Positions 1 to 7,428 of a stretch of 34,890 nucleotides of DNA are shown one piece after another. Made by a program: the position numbers and the translations under genes. A model generated the notes under the pieces. That model was not told the DNA's origin and did no database searches. It saw only the letters and a program-made list of their open reading frames with translations. The stretch's first letter is position 1; each line of letters starts with the position of its first letter. The stretch is from Acidimicrobiia bacterium (GTDB lineage: Bacteria > Actinomycetota > Acidimicrobiia > IMCC26256 > DASPTH01). The stretch lies in NCBI GenBank assembly GCA_040510575.1, contig JBEVIU010000029.1, positions 1 to 34,890 on the forward strand, given 5' to 3'.

Positions 1-34
1 TGCCGGCTCCGTACCGAACGGCGATGCCGTCTAG

Positions 35-964
35 TCAGGCGAAGGCGGGGAGCACGTCCGCCGCGAGCAGGCGCACGTGGTCGAGGTCGCCGATGTCGAG
101 GAGCTGGAAGTAGACCGTGTCGGCGCCCGCATCGCGGTAGGCGCCGACCTGGTCGACCACCTGAGCCGGCGTGCCGCCGATGCCCGCGGCGAGGTGCTCG
201 CGCGTGCGCCCGATCGCGGCGGCCCGGCGATCGACCTCGGCGTCGTCGGAACCGCACACGGTGGTGCTGGCGATGCTGAAGCGCAACGACGCGTGGTCGC
301 GGTGGACGGCATCACATGCCGCGCGCACCACGGCAACCCGATCCGCGAACTGCGCCAACGGTTGGAACGCCACGTTGAACTCGGAGGCGAACCGCGCCGC
401 GAGCGCGGGCGTGCGCGTCGGTCCCGATCCACCGATCACGATCGGAGGATGCGGCCGTTGCACCGGCTTGGGCAACGCGGGCGAGTCGGTGAGCGTGTAG
501 TGGTGCCCGAGGTGCGTGAAGTGCGCACCGACGTCGGTACCCCAGAGGCCGGTGATCACCTCGAGCTGCTCGGCGAGCATGTCGAACCGTTCGCGGGTGC
601 CCGGGAAGGGCAGTCCGTACGCGGCGTGCTCGCGATCGTTCCAGCCCGCGCCGAGACCGAGCTCGACACGTCCGTCGCTCATCGCATCGACCTGCGCGAC
701 GGTGATCGCCAGCGGGCCGGGTGGACGGAACGTGACCGGCGAGACGAGCGTGCCCAACCGGATCGTGCTCGTGTCGCGCGCGAGGCCCGCAAGCGTCGTC
801 CACGCGTCGGTCGGCCCCGGCAACCCGTCGCGGCCGAAGAAGCTGATGTAGTGATCCGATCGGAAGAAGGCGTCGAAGCCGAGCTCTTCACCCAGGCGGG
901 CGAGCGCGAGCTGGTCGTCGTAGGTCGCACCCTCTTGGGGCTCGACGAAGATTCTGAAGCGCAT
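35..964 (-). CDS. LLM-class (luciferase-like) F420-dependent oxidoreductase
   Basis: 309 aa. N-terminus MRFRIFVEPQEGATYDD, GFDAFFRSDHY, GRVELGLGAGW and PHPPIVIGG are typical of actinobacterial F420-dependent LLM proteins (Rv1855c-like). fbiC is in the same window. Confidence 0.9.
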   Translation of the reverse strand: MRFRIFVEPQEGATYDDQLALARLGEELGFDAFFRSDHYISFFGRDGLPGPTDAWTTLAGLARDTSTIRLGTLVSPVTFRPPGPLAITVAQVDAMSDGRVELGLGAGWNDREHAAYGLPFPGTRERFDMLAEQLEVITGLWGTDVGAHFTHLGHHYTLTDSPALPKPVQRPHPPIVIGGSGPTRTPALAARFASEFNVAFQPLAQFADRVAVVRAACDAVHRDHASLRFSIASTTVCGSDDAEVDRRAAAIGRTREHLAAGIGGTPAQVVDQVGAYRDAGADTVYFQLLDIGDLDHVRLLAADVLPAFA

Positions 965-992
965 TCGCTCTGTCTATCGCGCCGCCCACCGC

Positions 993-998
993 TACGCT
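993..998 (+). promoter_or_regulatory. -10 element TACGCT, leaderless-type, for the hydroxylase gene
   Basis: TAnnnT 9 nt before ATG 1008; no SD site. Confidence 0.5.
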
Positions 999-1007
999 CC
1001 GTCGTCG

Positions 1008-1760
1008 ATGCAGGTCTGGGACCGGCTTGTCGCCGCCACCAACTGGCTCGGTGACCGATTCCTCCGAGCCGTGAACCGACTCCTGGTACGCGGATCGGTG
1101 CTGCCGGACCAGCCGTTCTACGACCCGGCCGACTTCCCGTGGGTCGCGCCACTCGAAGCCGACTGGCGGCTCATCCGCGCCGAGCTCGACGACGTGCTCG
1201 CCCGACGCGACGAGCTGCCCAACTTCCAGGACATCTCCACCGATCAGACGCACCTCACCGACGACGACCGGTGGAAGACGTACTTCCTCTACGGCTATGG
1301 CTTCCGCAGCGACGCCAACTGCGCGCGCTGCCCCGAGACGACCCGCCTGGTCGAATCGATCCCCGGCATGACCACCGCGATGTTCTCGATCCTCGCCCCG
1401 CGAAAGCGGATCCCACCCCACGACGGTCCCTACAAGGGCGTGTTGCGATACCACCTGGGGCTGATGGTCCCCGAGCCGGCCGCGAACGTCGGCATCACCG
1501 TGGGCGGCGAGCTCGCGCACTGGTACGAGGGTGGGAGCCTCGTGTTCGACGACACCTACACCCACGAAGCCTGGAACGACACCGACGGCACCCGCGTGGT
1601 GCTCTTCGTCGACGTGATCCGTGAGCTCCGCGAGCCGCTGCGCACACTCAATCGCCTGCTCATCAGCGCGATCGCGTGGTCGCCGTTCATCCAGGACGCA
1701 AAGCGTCGGCACATCGCGTGGGAAGCACGCTTCGACCGCATCCGGGGCACGGGCGCCTGA
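1008..1760 (+). CDS. Aspartyl/asparaginyl beta-hydroxylase family Fe(II)/2-oxoglutarate dioxygenase (LpxO/OlsC-like)
   Basis: WKTYFLYGYG, CPETT, MFSILAP..IPPHDGPYKGVLRYHLGL, FDDTYTHEAWN and RVVLFVD match Asp_Arg_Hydrox family motifs. Confidence 0.88.
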   Translation: MQVWDRLVAATNWLGDRFLRAVNRLLVRGSVLPDQPFYDPADFPWVAPLEADWRLIRAELDDVLARRDELPNFQDISTDQTHLTDDDRWKTYFLYGYGFRSDANCARCPETTRLVESIPGMTTAMFSILAPRKRIPPHDGPYKGVLRYHLGLMVPEPAANVGITVGGELAHWYEGGSLVFDDTYTHEAWNDTDGTRVVLFVDVIRELREPLRTLNRLLISAIAWSPFIQDAKRRHIAWEARFDRIRGTGA

Positions 1761-1804
1761 GGCACCGGCCGCTGAACACCGGCCACTGAAACACCGGCCA
1801 CTGG
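1746..1804. repeat. Decaying ~15-nt tandem repeat (4 units) starting with the last codons and stop of the hydroxylase gene
   Basis: ggcacgggcgcctga / ggcaccggccgctga / acaccggccactga / aacaccggccactgg. A short hairpin ccggcc-N5-ggccgg (1794-1810) overlaps its end, between convergent genes. Confidence 0.7.
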
Positions 1805-1815
1805 GGCCGGGCGAG

Positions 1816-3126
1816 TCAGTCGGGCAGCTGGTCGTTGTCGTTGAGCACCTTGAAGATGACCTCGGCGGCCTCTTCGAGCAACGCAGGTGTGTGGTCGAGC
1901 ATCAGGCTCAAGCGGATCAACCCGAGCCCCCGCGGCACAGCCGGCGCGACGACCGGGTTGACGAACACGCCGGCCTCGAGCAGCTCGCGTGCGAGGACGA
2001 CGGCGGACAGCTCGTCGCGGAAGCGCAGCGGAATCGTGAGGATCGCGCTCTCTGCCGGATTGACCGGGACGCCCCGCTCGCTCAGCAGGTTGATGAAACG
2101 GTCGACGTTGGCGCGGAGCTGACCGGGCATCTCCGGCGACTCGCGCAGGATGCGGACCCCTTCGAGCGCGGCCGCGATCGACCCGGGCGTGTTCGAGGCG
2201 GTGAAGATGAACGGATCGGCCTCGAGGGTGAGCAGCTCGATCGCCTCGGACGAGCCGATGACCGCACCGCCGCACGAGCCGAGCGTCTTCGAGAAGGTGA
2301 CGGTGATCAGGTCGACCTCGTCGAGCACGTCGTACTGCTCGACCGCGCCGCGGCCCCGTTCGCCGAGCACCCCGAGGCCGTGCGCCTCGTCGCTGAGCAG
2401 GAACGTGTTGGGATGGGACCGGCACACCTCGACCAGGCGATCGAGGGGTGCGGTGTCGCCGCCCATCGAGTAGACGCCGTCGACCATGACGCCCTTGCCG
2501 GGCTCGGCCGGCAGGTCGCCGAGGATCCGATCGAGCTTCTCGACGTCGTTGTGCCCGAAGCGCCTCATCGTGGCGCCGGAGAGCTGCACGCCGGTGAGGA
2601 GCGAGTTGTGCGCGTCCTTGTCGAGGACGGCGAAGTCGTGGCGGCTGAGCAGCCCGGCGATGGTGCTGATGTTGGCCACGTACCCGGTGGACAGGACCAG
2701 CGCCGCTTCGCGCCCGTAGAAGTCGGCCAGCTCGGCCTCGAGGGTGCGGTGGAGGTCGAGGGTGCCGTTGAGGAGCCGGGAGCCGGTGACACCGGTGCCG
2801 TACTTGCTCGTGGCCCGCTGGGCGGCCTCGATGACCCTCGGGTGGTACGACAGGCTCAGGTAGTTGTTCGAGCCGAAGTTGATGTAGTCCTGGCCCTCGA
2901 TGCGGAAGCGGGGACGCGAGGCGCTCTCGACCGTCTTGTAGTACGGCCAGTAGCCCGCAGCCTTCGCCAGCTGGTAGTCGGCGAGGCGCGGGAACGCCGC
3001 CAGGCGGTCGCGGAAGAAGCTCGTCGGCTGTTCGTTCAACGCATGCTCCATGTGCTCCAGACCGACGGCCAGACCAGGGGAGTCTACGGTGCTCCGAGCC
3101 GACGATGCGGCACTCACCGTGGTCAT
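1816..3126 (-). CDS. PLP-dependent alpha-oxoamine synthase, serine palmitoyltransferase-like
   Basis: 436 aa. YWPYY N-terminal segment, FGSNNYL, GTGVTGSRLLNGT, STGYVAN, DEAH, TFSK (PLP lysine), FIFTAS and the PAVP loop. GSRxLNGT and PAVP resemble bacterial SPT more than BioF or KBL. The ATG overlaps the upstream TGA (ATGA, 3123-3126). Confidence 0.8.
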   Translation of the reverse strand: MTTVSAASSARSTVDSPGLAVGLEHMEHALNEQPTSFFRDRLAAFPRLADYQLAKAAGYWPYYKTVESASRPRFRIEGQDYINFGSNNYLSLSYHPRVIEAAQRATSKYGTGVTGSRLLNGTLDLHRTLEAELADFYGREAALVLSTGYVANISTIAGLLSRHDFAVLDKDAHNSLLTGVQLSGATMRRFGHNDVEKLDRILGDLPAEPGKGVMVDGVYSMGGDTAPLDRLVEVCRSHPNTFLLSDEAHGLGVLGERGRGAVEQYDVLDEVDLITVTFSKTLGSCGGAVIGSSEAIELLTLEADPFIFTASNTPGSIAAALEGVRILRESPEMPGQLRANVDRFINLLSERGVPVNPAESAILTIPLRFRDELSAVVLARELLEAGVFVNPVVAPAVPRGLGLIRLSLMLDHTPALLEEAAEVIFKVLNDNDQLPD

Positions 3127-3977
3127 GCCGGGGCGATCGAGGGCTCGGGGAGGCCGGCGGCCAGCGGATCCTCCAGGATCTGCTTGGCCCGCTTGAGGGC
3201 GTACCCCGCCAGCAGGCCGTCCTCGGTGCGCTCGTCGAAGGTCCAGCGCATCGTCAGGCTGCGCCGCCGGTCGGGCCCGCTGGTGGGGGAGCCCGGATCG
3301 GTGGTGGGACGCCCGATCACGCAGAACACGCCGATGGTGCCGTACTCGTAGAGGTGGTGGTACCCCGCGTCGAGCCCGAGGCTGGCCAGGTTGGCGAAGA
3401 AGATGCTGGCGTACATCGGGTCGTTGTCGATGTACGACTTCGGGAAGAGGGCGAAGGCGTCGGCGAATCGTCCGACCGCCATCACGAGGCGCCGCCCCAG
3501 ACCCGGCAGCCGCATGATCAGCCCGATCTCGCGGTCCCCGGCGTTCATGCCCGTGCCGTACCGCTCCTCGCTCAGCTGACGGGCCATGTCGGCGACCATG
3601 TCGGCGAACGGCTCAGCCGGGTCGAATTTCCGCTTGATGACCACGAGTGGCGAGTCGCCTTTGAGGCTGCGCTTCGCCGAGTACGAGAACCAGATCTCGC
3701 GGCGCTGATAGAGGCGACCGCCCATGACGAAGCGGTTCATCGTCGGGTACTGGTCGAGCACCTGCGCGACGGCCCACATCACGAGGTGTTGGATCGTGAT
3801 CGGCGTGGTCGGGTGCACCTCGTTGAACGCACGGATGTACGCGTCGGCCTGGCGCAGCGCGATCTTCTGATCGAAGTAGAACGCCGACTCGTTTCGTCCG
3901 CGCATCATGTACGGCATGATCCGCTTGGCCGGCGAGAGATCGCGCACGAGATCGCCGTCGGGTCGGCGCCACCACAT
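3123..3977 (-). CDS. Stand-alone 2-oxo-acid dehydrogenase E2 catalytic-domain-like (CAT-fold) acyltransferase
   Basis: No lipoyl or E3-binding domain. P.MNRFV..GRLYQR, SIFFANLASLG, and C-terminal TFDERTEDG..LEDP equivalent to E2 TFDHRxxDG..LE.P. Start placed at ATG 3977 (TAGTGT 8 nt upstream); the ORF track start of 4010 is probably too long. Confidence 0.75.
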   Translation of the reverse strand: MWWRRPDGDLVRDLSPAKRIMPYMMRGRNESAFYFDQKIALRQADAYIRAFNEVHPTTPITIQHLVMWAVAQVLDQYPTMNRFVMGGRLYQRREIWFSYSAKRSLKGDSPLVVIKRKFDPAEPFADMVADMARQLSEERYGTGMNAGDREIGLIMRLPGLGRRLVMAVGRFADAFALFPKSYIDNDPMYASIFFANLASLGLDAGYHHLYEYGTIGVFCVIGRPTTDPGSPTSGPDRRRSLTMRWTFDERTEDGLLAGYALKRAKQILEDPLAAGLPEPSIAPA

Positions 3978-3985
3978 GGCGCCGG

Positions 3986-4029
3986 ACACTACACGGGAGA
4001 CACCGACCACTCCCGTGCTCCGATAGCGT
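3986..4029. promoter_or_regulatory. Back-to-back -10 elements (TAGTGT on minus 3986-3991; TAGCGT on plus 4024-4029)
   Basis: 8 nt before ATG 3977 and 7 nt before GTG 4037. Confidence 0.6.
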
Positions 4030-4036
4030 CACCGGG

Positions 4037-4663
4037 GTGGCGTTCGCGCAGTTCCTCGCGCATCCCGACGTGGTCGAGCACCTCACGCTGCGCTCGCGGG
4101 TCGGGTTCCTCGCGCTGCACGGCGGGCTCGAGCCCGGCACCGGCGAGCTCGCCGGCGCGGCCGCCGAACGAGCCGGCGCATCCTGTTACGCGGTGCACCA
4201 ACCGAACGACCTGAAGCACCACGTGCCGTCGGTCGAGTCCGACCCCGACGACGCACCCCGGCTCGCAGCGTTCCTGGCCCACGTGCGCATCGTCGTCTCG
4301 GTGCACGGCTACTGGAGCCGTCGGGAGGAGCTCGGCCACGCGATCCTCGTGGGCGGGGGATGCCGGAGCCTCGCGGTCGACCTGGCCTCCCGGCTGCGGC
4401 GTGCGCTGCCCGACGTGACCGTGGTCGACGACCCCGACGCGATCCCGCCCGACCTCCGCGGCCTCGACCCCCGGAACCCGGTGAACCATGCAGCGCTGGG
4501 TGGCGTGCAACTCGAGTTGCCTCCACGCGTCCGGGTGATCGGGCGCGTGGCGGAGCGACCCGAGGCGGCGCCGTACGTGGCCGGCACCCAGACGCTGATC
4601 GACGCGCTGGCGACCTTCGCTCGCGAAGTCGAGAGCAACCCCGCACGCGGGGCCGACGCCTGA
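4037..4663 (+). CDS. Poly-gamma-glutamate hydrolase family (PghP/YjqB-like) Zn peptidase
   Basis: FLALHGGLEPGT, HVPS, VSVHGY, LRGLDPRNPVN and GVQLEL motifs. No signal peptide is visible. Confidence 0.8.
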   Translation: MAFAQFLAHPDVVEHLTLRSRVGFLALHGGLEPGTGELAGAAAERAGASCYAVHQPNDLKHHVPSVESDPDDAPRLAAFLAHVRIVVSVHGYWSRREELGHAILVGGGCRSLAVDLASRLRRALPDVTVVDDPDAIPPDLRGLDPRNPVNHAALGGVQLELPPRVRVIGRVAERPEAAPYVAGTQTLIDALATFAREVESNPARGADA

Positions 4664-4664
4664 C

Positions 4665-5372
4665 ATGACTCGCCTGGGCGTGGTCGGTGGCCATTCGATC
4701 CTGGGTTCGGGCTACGGATCGGCGTTGCCGCACCGTCAGATCGCGATCGACGGCGCGGATGCGGTGACCTTGCTCGAGAGCGACGAGCACGTCGTGCTGC
4801 ACCGTCACGGTGTCGACTCGTACACGCCCGCGCACCTCGTGAACCATGTCGCGAACCTGCGGGCGCTCGCCGAGGCGGGGTGCGAACGCGTCCTCGCGAT
4901 CAGCTCCGTCGGTGGCCTGCGCACCGAGCTCGCGGTCGGCACCTTCGTGGCGCCCGACGACTTCATCGCGCTCGACACCTCGATCGCCGTCCACCACGAC
5001 GCGCGGAGTCACCTCGTTCCGCATTTCGACCAGGAGTGGCGTTCGAACATCCTGCGCGCCGCGAGCGACGCCGGCACACCGGTACGCGACGGCGGCGTCT
5101 ACTGGCAGTCGACCGGGCCGCGCTTCGAGACCCGCGCCGAGGTCCGCTTCATCGCCCGGTTCGCCGACGTGGTCGGGATGACCGCCGCATCCGAGGCGAT
5201 CGTCGCCCAGGAGCTCGGGCTGTCGTACGCCGTGGTGTGCGTCGTCGACAACCTCGCCAACGGCATCGCCGAGCAACCACTCACCACTGACGAGTTCGAA
5301 GCAGGCAAGCGCGCGACTCGAACCTCGGTCCTCGCGTTGCTCGACGCGATCGTCCCCGTGCTCGCGGGATGA
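4665..5372 (+). CDS. MTAP-family purine nucleoside phosphorylase, probably S-methyl-5'-thioinosine/6-oxopurine type
   Basis: GVVGG, RHG...PAHLVNHVANL, GPRFETRAE and DVVGMT..SE. It has VDNLANG instead of the MTAP TDYD specificity motif. Confidence 0.85.
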   Translation: MTRLGVVGGHSILGSGYGSALPHRQIAIDGADAVTLLESDEHVVLHRHGVDSYTPAHLVNHVANLRALAEAGCERVLAISSVGGLRTELAVGTFVAPDDFIALDTSIAVHHDARSHLVPHFDQEWRSNILRAASDAGTPVRDGGVYWQSTGPRFETRAEVRFIARFADVVGMTAASEAIVAQELGLSYAVVCVVDNLANGIAEQPLTTDEFEAGKRATRTSVLALLDAIVPVLAG

Positions 5373-6649
5373 CGGTCGCGCTCACCGTCACCGGCGCGGT
5401 CACCGTCGACGACGTCGCGATCGGGCTCCGCGCGGTCGACGGTCTGATCACGGAGCTCGGCCCGGCCGTCGCCGCACAGGAGGGCGACGACCACCTCGAC
5501 GCGGGTGGCGACGTGCTGCTCCGAGGACTCGTGAACGGGCACACCCACGCCGCGATGACGCTGTTCCGGGGCTACGGCGGCGATCTTCCCCTCATGCAGT
5601 GGCTGGAGGACAAGATCTGGCCCGCGGAGGCCCGCCTCACTGACGACGACGTGTACTGGGGGACCCGACTCGCATGCATCGAGATGGCCCGGAGCGGCAC
5701 GACGAGCTTCTGGGACATGTACTGGCGGCCCGTCGCGGTCGCCCGCGCCGTGTGCGACTCCGGAATGCGCGCCACGGTCGGCCCACCCATCGTCGACGGT
5801 CTCGATCCGACGCGCGCCGCAGCCGCATGTGCCGAGGCGTCGTCGTGGCTCGACCAGTCGGCCGACTACGCCCCGCAGGTGCAGCCCTGCCTCGCACCGC
5901 ACGGGATCTACACCCTCAGTGAGGGCGCGCTGGCCTGGGTGGCCGAGGAGTCGGCGACCCGACAGATGCCCGTGCACCTCCACTTCCTCGAGACCGACGA
6001 CGAGGTCACGGGCTGCCTCGACCGGTACGGCGAGCGACCGGGCGCGTTCCTCGAGCGTCTCGGGCTGCTGTCCGAGCGCACCGTGCTCGCGCACGTCGTG
6101 TGGGCCGACGACGACGACCTGACGCGCATCGGCGCGCACGGTGCCACGGTGGTGACCAACCCCGTGTCGAACCTGAAGCTCGCCGTCGGACGGATCTTCC
6201 CGTACGCACCCGCCCGCGCGCACCGCATCCCGGTGGCACTCGGTACCGACGGCGCGTCGTCGAACAACTCGCTCGACCTCCTGGCCGACGTGAAGGTGCT
6301 CGCGTTGCTGCAGAAGTTCGGCGATCACGACCCGGCGTCGCTGCCCGCCCGCGAGGCCTGGGCGGTGGCCACGGGCGCGCTGGCACCCGCACTGCATTCA
6401 CACGCCGCGACTGCCGGTTCGATCGACCTCCAGGTCGGCGATCCCGCCGACTTCTTCCTCGCCCGCCGCGACGCACCCGAGCTCGCGCCCGGTCACCTGC
6501 TCGACAACCTGGTGTACGCAGCCGACAAATCGGTGGTGCGCACCACCGTCGTCGGTGGTCGCGTCGTGATGAGCGACGGTGTCGTTGCCGACGAACAGGA
6601 GGTGCGCGCCAAGGTGGTGGAGTGCGCCCGCCGCCTCGGTGTGCTGTAG
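5369..6649 (+). CDS. mtaD: 5'-methylthioadenosine/S-adenosylhomocysteine deaminase-like amidohydrolase
   Basis: NGHTHAAM..RG, WLEDKIWPAE, GTTSFWDMY, APH, HLHFLET, NPVSNLKL and GTDGASSNNSLD. ATGA overlap with the phosphorylase. Confidence 0.82.
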   Translation: MTVALTVTGAVTVDDVAIGLRAVDGLITELGPAVAAQEGDDHLDAGGDVLLRGLVNGHTHAAMTLFRGYGGDLPLMQWLEDKIWPAEARLTDDDVYWGTRLACIEMARSGTTSFWDMYWRPVAVARAVCDSGMRATVGPPIVDGLDPTRAAAACAEASSWLDQSADYAPQVQPCLAPHGIYTLSEGALAWVAEESATRQMPVHLHFLETDDEVTGCLDRYGERPGAFLERLGLLSERTVLAHVVWADDDDLTRIGAHGATVVTNPVSNLKLAVGRIFPYAPARAHRIPVALGTDGASSNNSLDLLADVKVLALLQKFGDHDPASLPAREAWAVATGALAPALHSHAATAGSIDLQVGDPADFFLARRDAPELAPGHLLDNLVYAADKSVVRTTVVGGRVVMSDGVVADEQEVRAKVVECARRLGVL

Positions 6650-6650
6650 G

Positions 6651-7406
6651 TCAGAGCTCGAACACCTCGAGGCCGACGGCGTAGTCGCAGCCGACCGTCT
6701 CGCCCAGCGCCCGGGCGCTGCCGCGCAGGAACGGGTCGGGATCGAAGTCGGGCTGACCGAGCCCCGCGATGTACGCGGCGTGCTCGCGCAAGCTCGCGAT
6801 CCCTTGTTCGATGTGTGGCCCGATGTCGACGTAGTGCGTGCTCGTGGGAGCGCCCGCGAATCCGACCAACCGCACGCCACTCCACGGCACGGAGCCGGCA
6901 TCGCCGTTCGGCACGGAGCCGGCATCGCCGTTCGGCACGGAAGCGGCATCAGCGAACAGCCAGCGGTTGCTTGCGTCCCGGCTGGCGTCGAGCAGCGCCA
7001 ATCCAACGTTGCGGTGGTCGGCCATGTTGAACGAATGGCCACCCCACGACTCGCGGAAGTTGATCGAGAACACTGCCTCCGGGCGATGGCGTCGGATGGC
7101 GAGCGCGAGGTCTCGCCGTAGCGGCAGGCCGTATTCGATCAGCCCGTCGGTGTGGCCGTCGAGGAACTCCACCGCGTCGACACCGACCACTCGCGCGCTG
7201 GCCCGCTCCTCCGCCTCGCGCACGCGGGCGCACTCGTCGGGCGCCATGCCGTCGATCCCCGCTTCGCCGCGCGTCACGAGGAGGTACGACACCTGCTTGC
7301 CGGCCGCGGTCCACTTCGCGATCGCGCCCGCCATGCCGTACTCGAGGTCGTCGGGATGCGCGACGACGCACAGCGCGCGGGACCAGTCTTCCGACAGCGG
7401 CTCCAT
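6651..7406 (-). CDS. PIG-L/LmbE family Zn-dependent deacetylase
   Basis: VVAHPDDLEYG, TRGEAG, REAEERASA and ADH motifs. True start is likely ATG 7406 (MEPLSEDWSRAL). Confidence 0.88.
   Translation of the reverse strand: MEPLSEDWSRALCVVAHPDDLEYGMAGAIAKWTAAGKQVSYLLVTRGEAGIDGMAPDECARVREAEERASARVVGVDAVEFLDGHTDGLIEYGLPLRRDLALAIRRHRPEAVFSINFRESWGGHSFNMADHRNVGLALLDASRDASNRWLFADAASVPNGDAGSVPNGDAGSVPWSGVRLVGFAGAPTSTHYVDIGPHIEQGIASLREHAAYIAGLGQPDFDPDPFLRGSARALGETVGCDYAVGLEVFEL
6885..6950. repeat. In-frame 24-nt tandem repeat (2 perfect + 1 partial) within the PIG-L gene
   Basis: cggcacggagccggcatcgccgtt x2 plus cggcacggaagcggcatc; encodes DAASVPNG-DAGSVPNG-DAGSVP. Confidence 0.92.
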
Positions 7407-7428
7407 CACGGCTCGGTGCGTGCGCGGG

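Noticed and set aside
1816-3126. Annotation as bioF or kbl
   Set aside because: No biotin or threonine dehydrogenase genes are adjacent, and the GSRLLNGT/PAVP/YPY-type motifs fit SPT better. Not fully excluded without a phylogeny.
77-3351. Long opposite-strand or alternative-frame ORFs (77-1054, 888-1712, 1621-3351) and many similar ones across the window
   Set aside because: Shadow ORFs typical of high-GC DNA. They mirror well-supported genes, are Arg/Pro/Ala-rich or motif-free, and stop codons are scarce.
4037-4663. Prophage remnant, because this family is often labelled phage-related
   Set aside because: No integrase, structural genes or att-like repeats; the gene is embedded in a metabolic operon.
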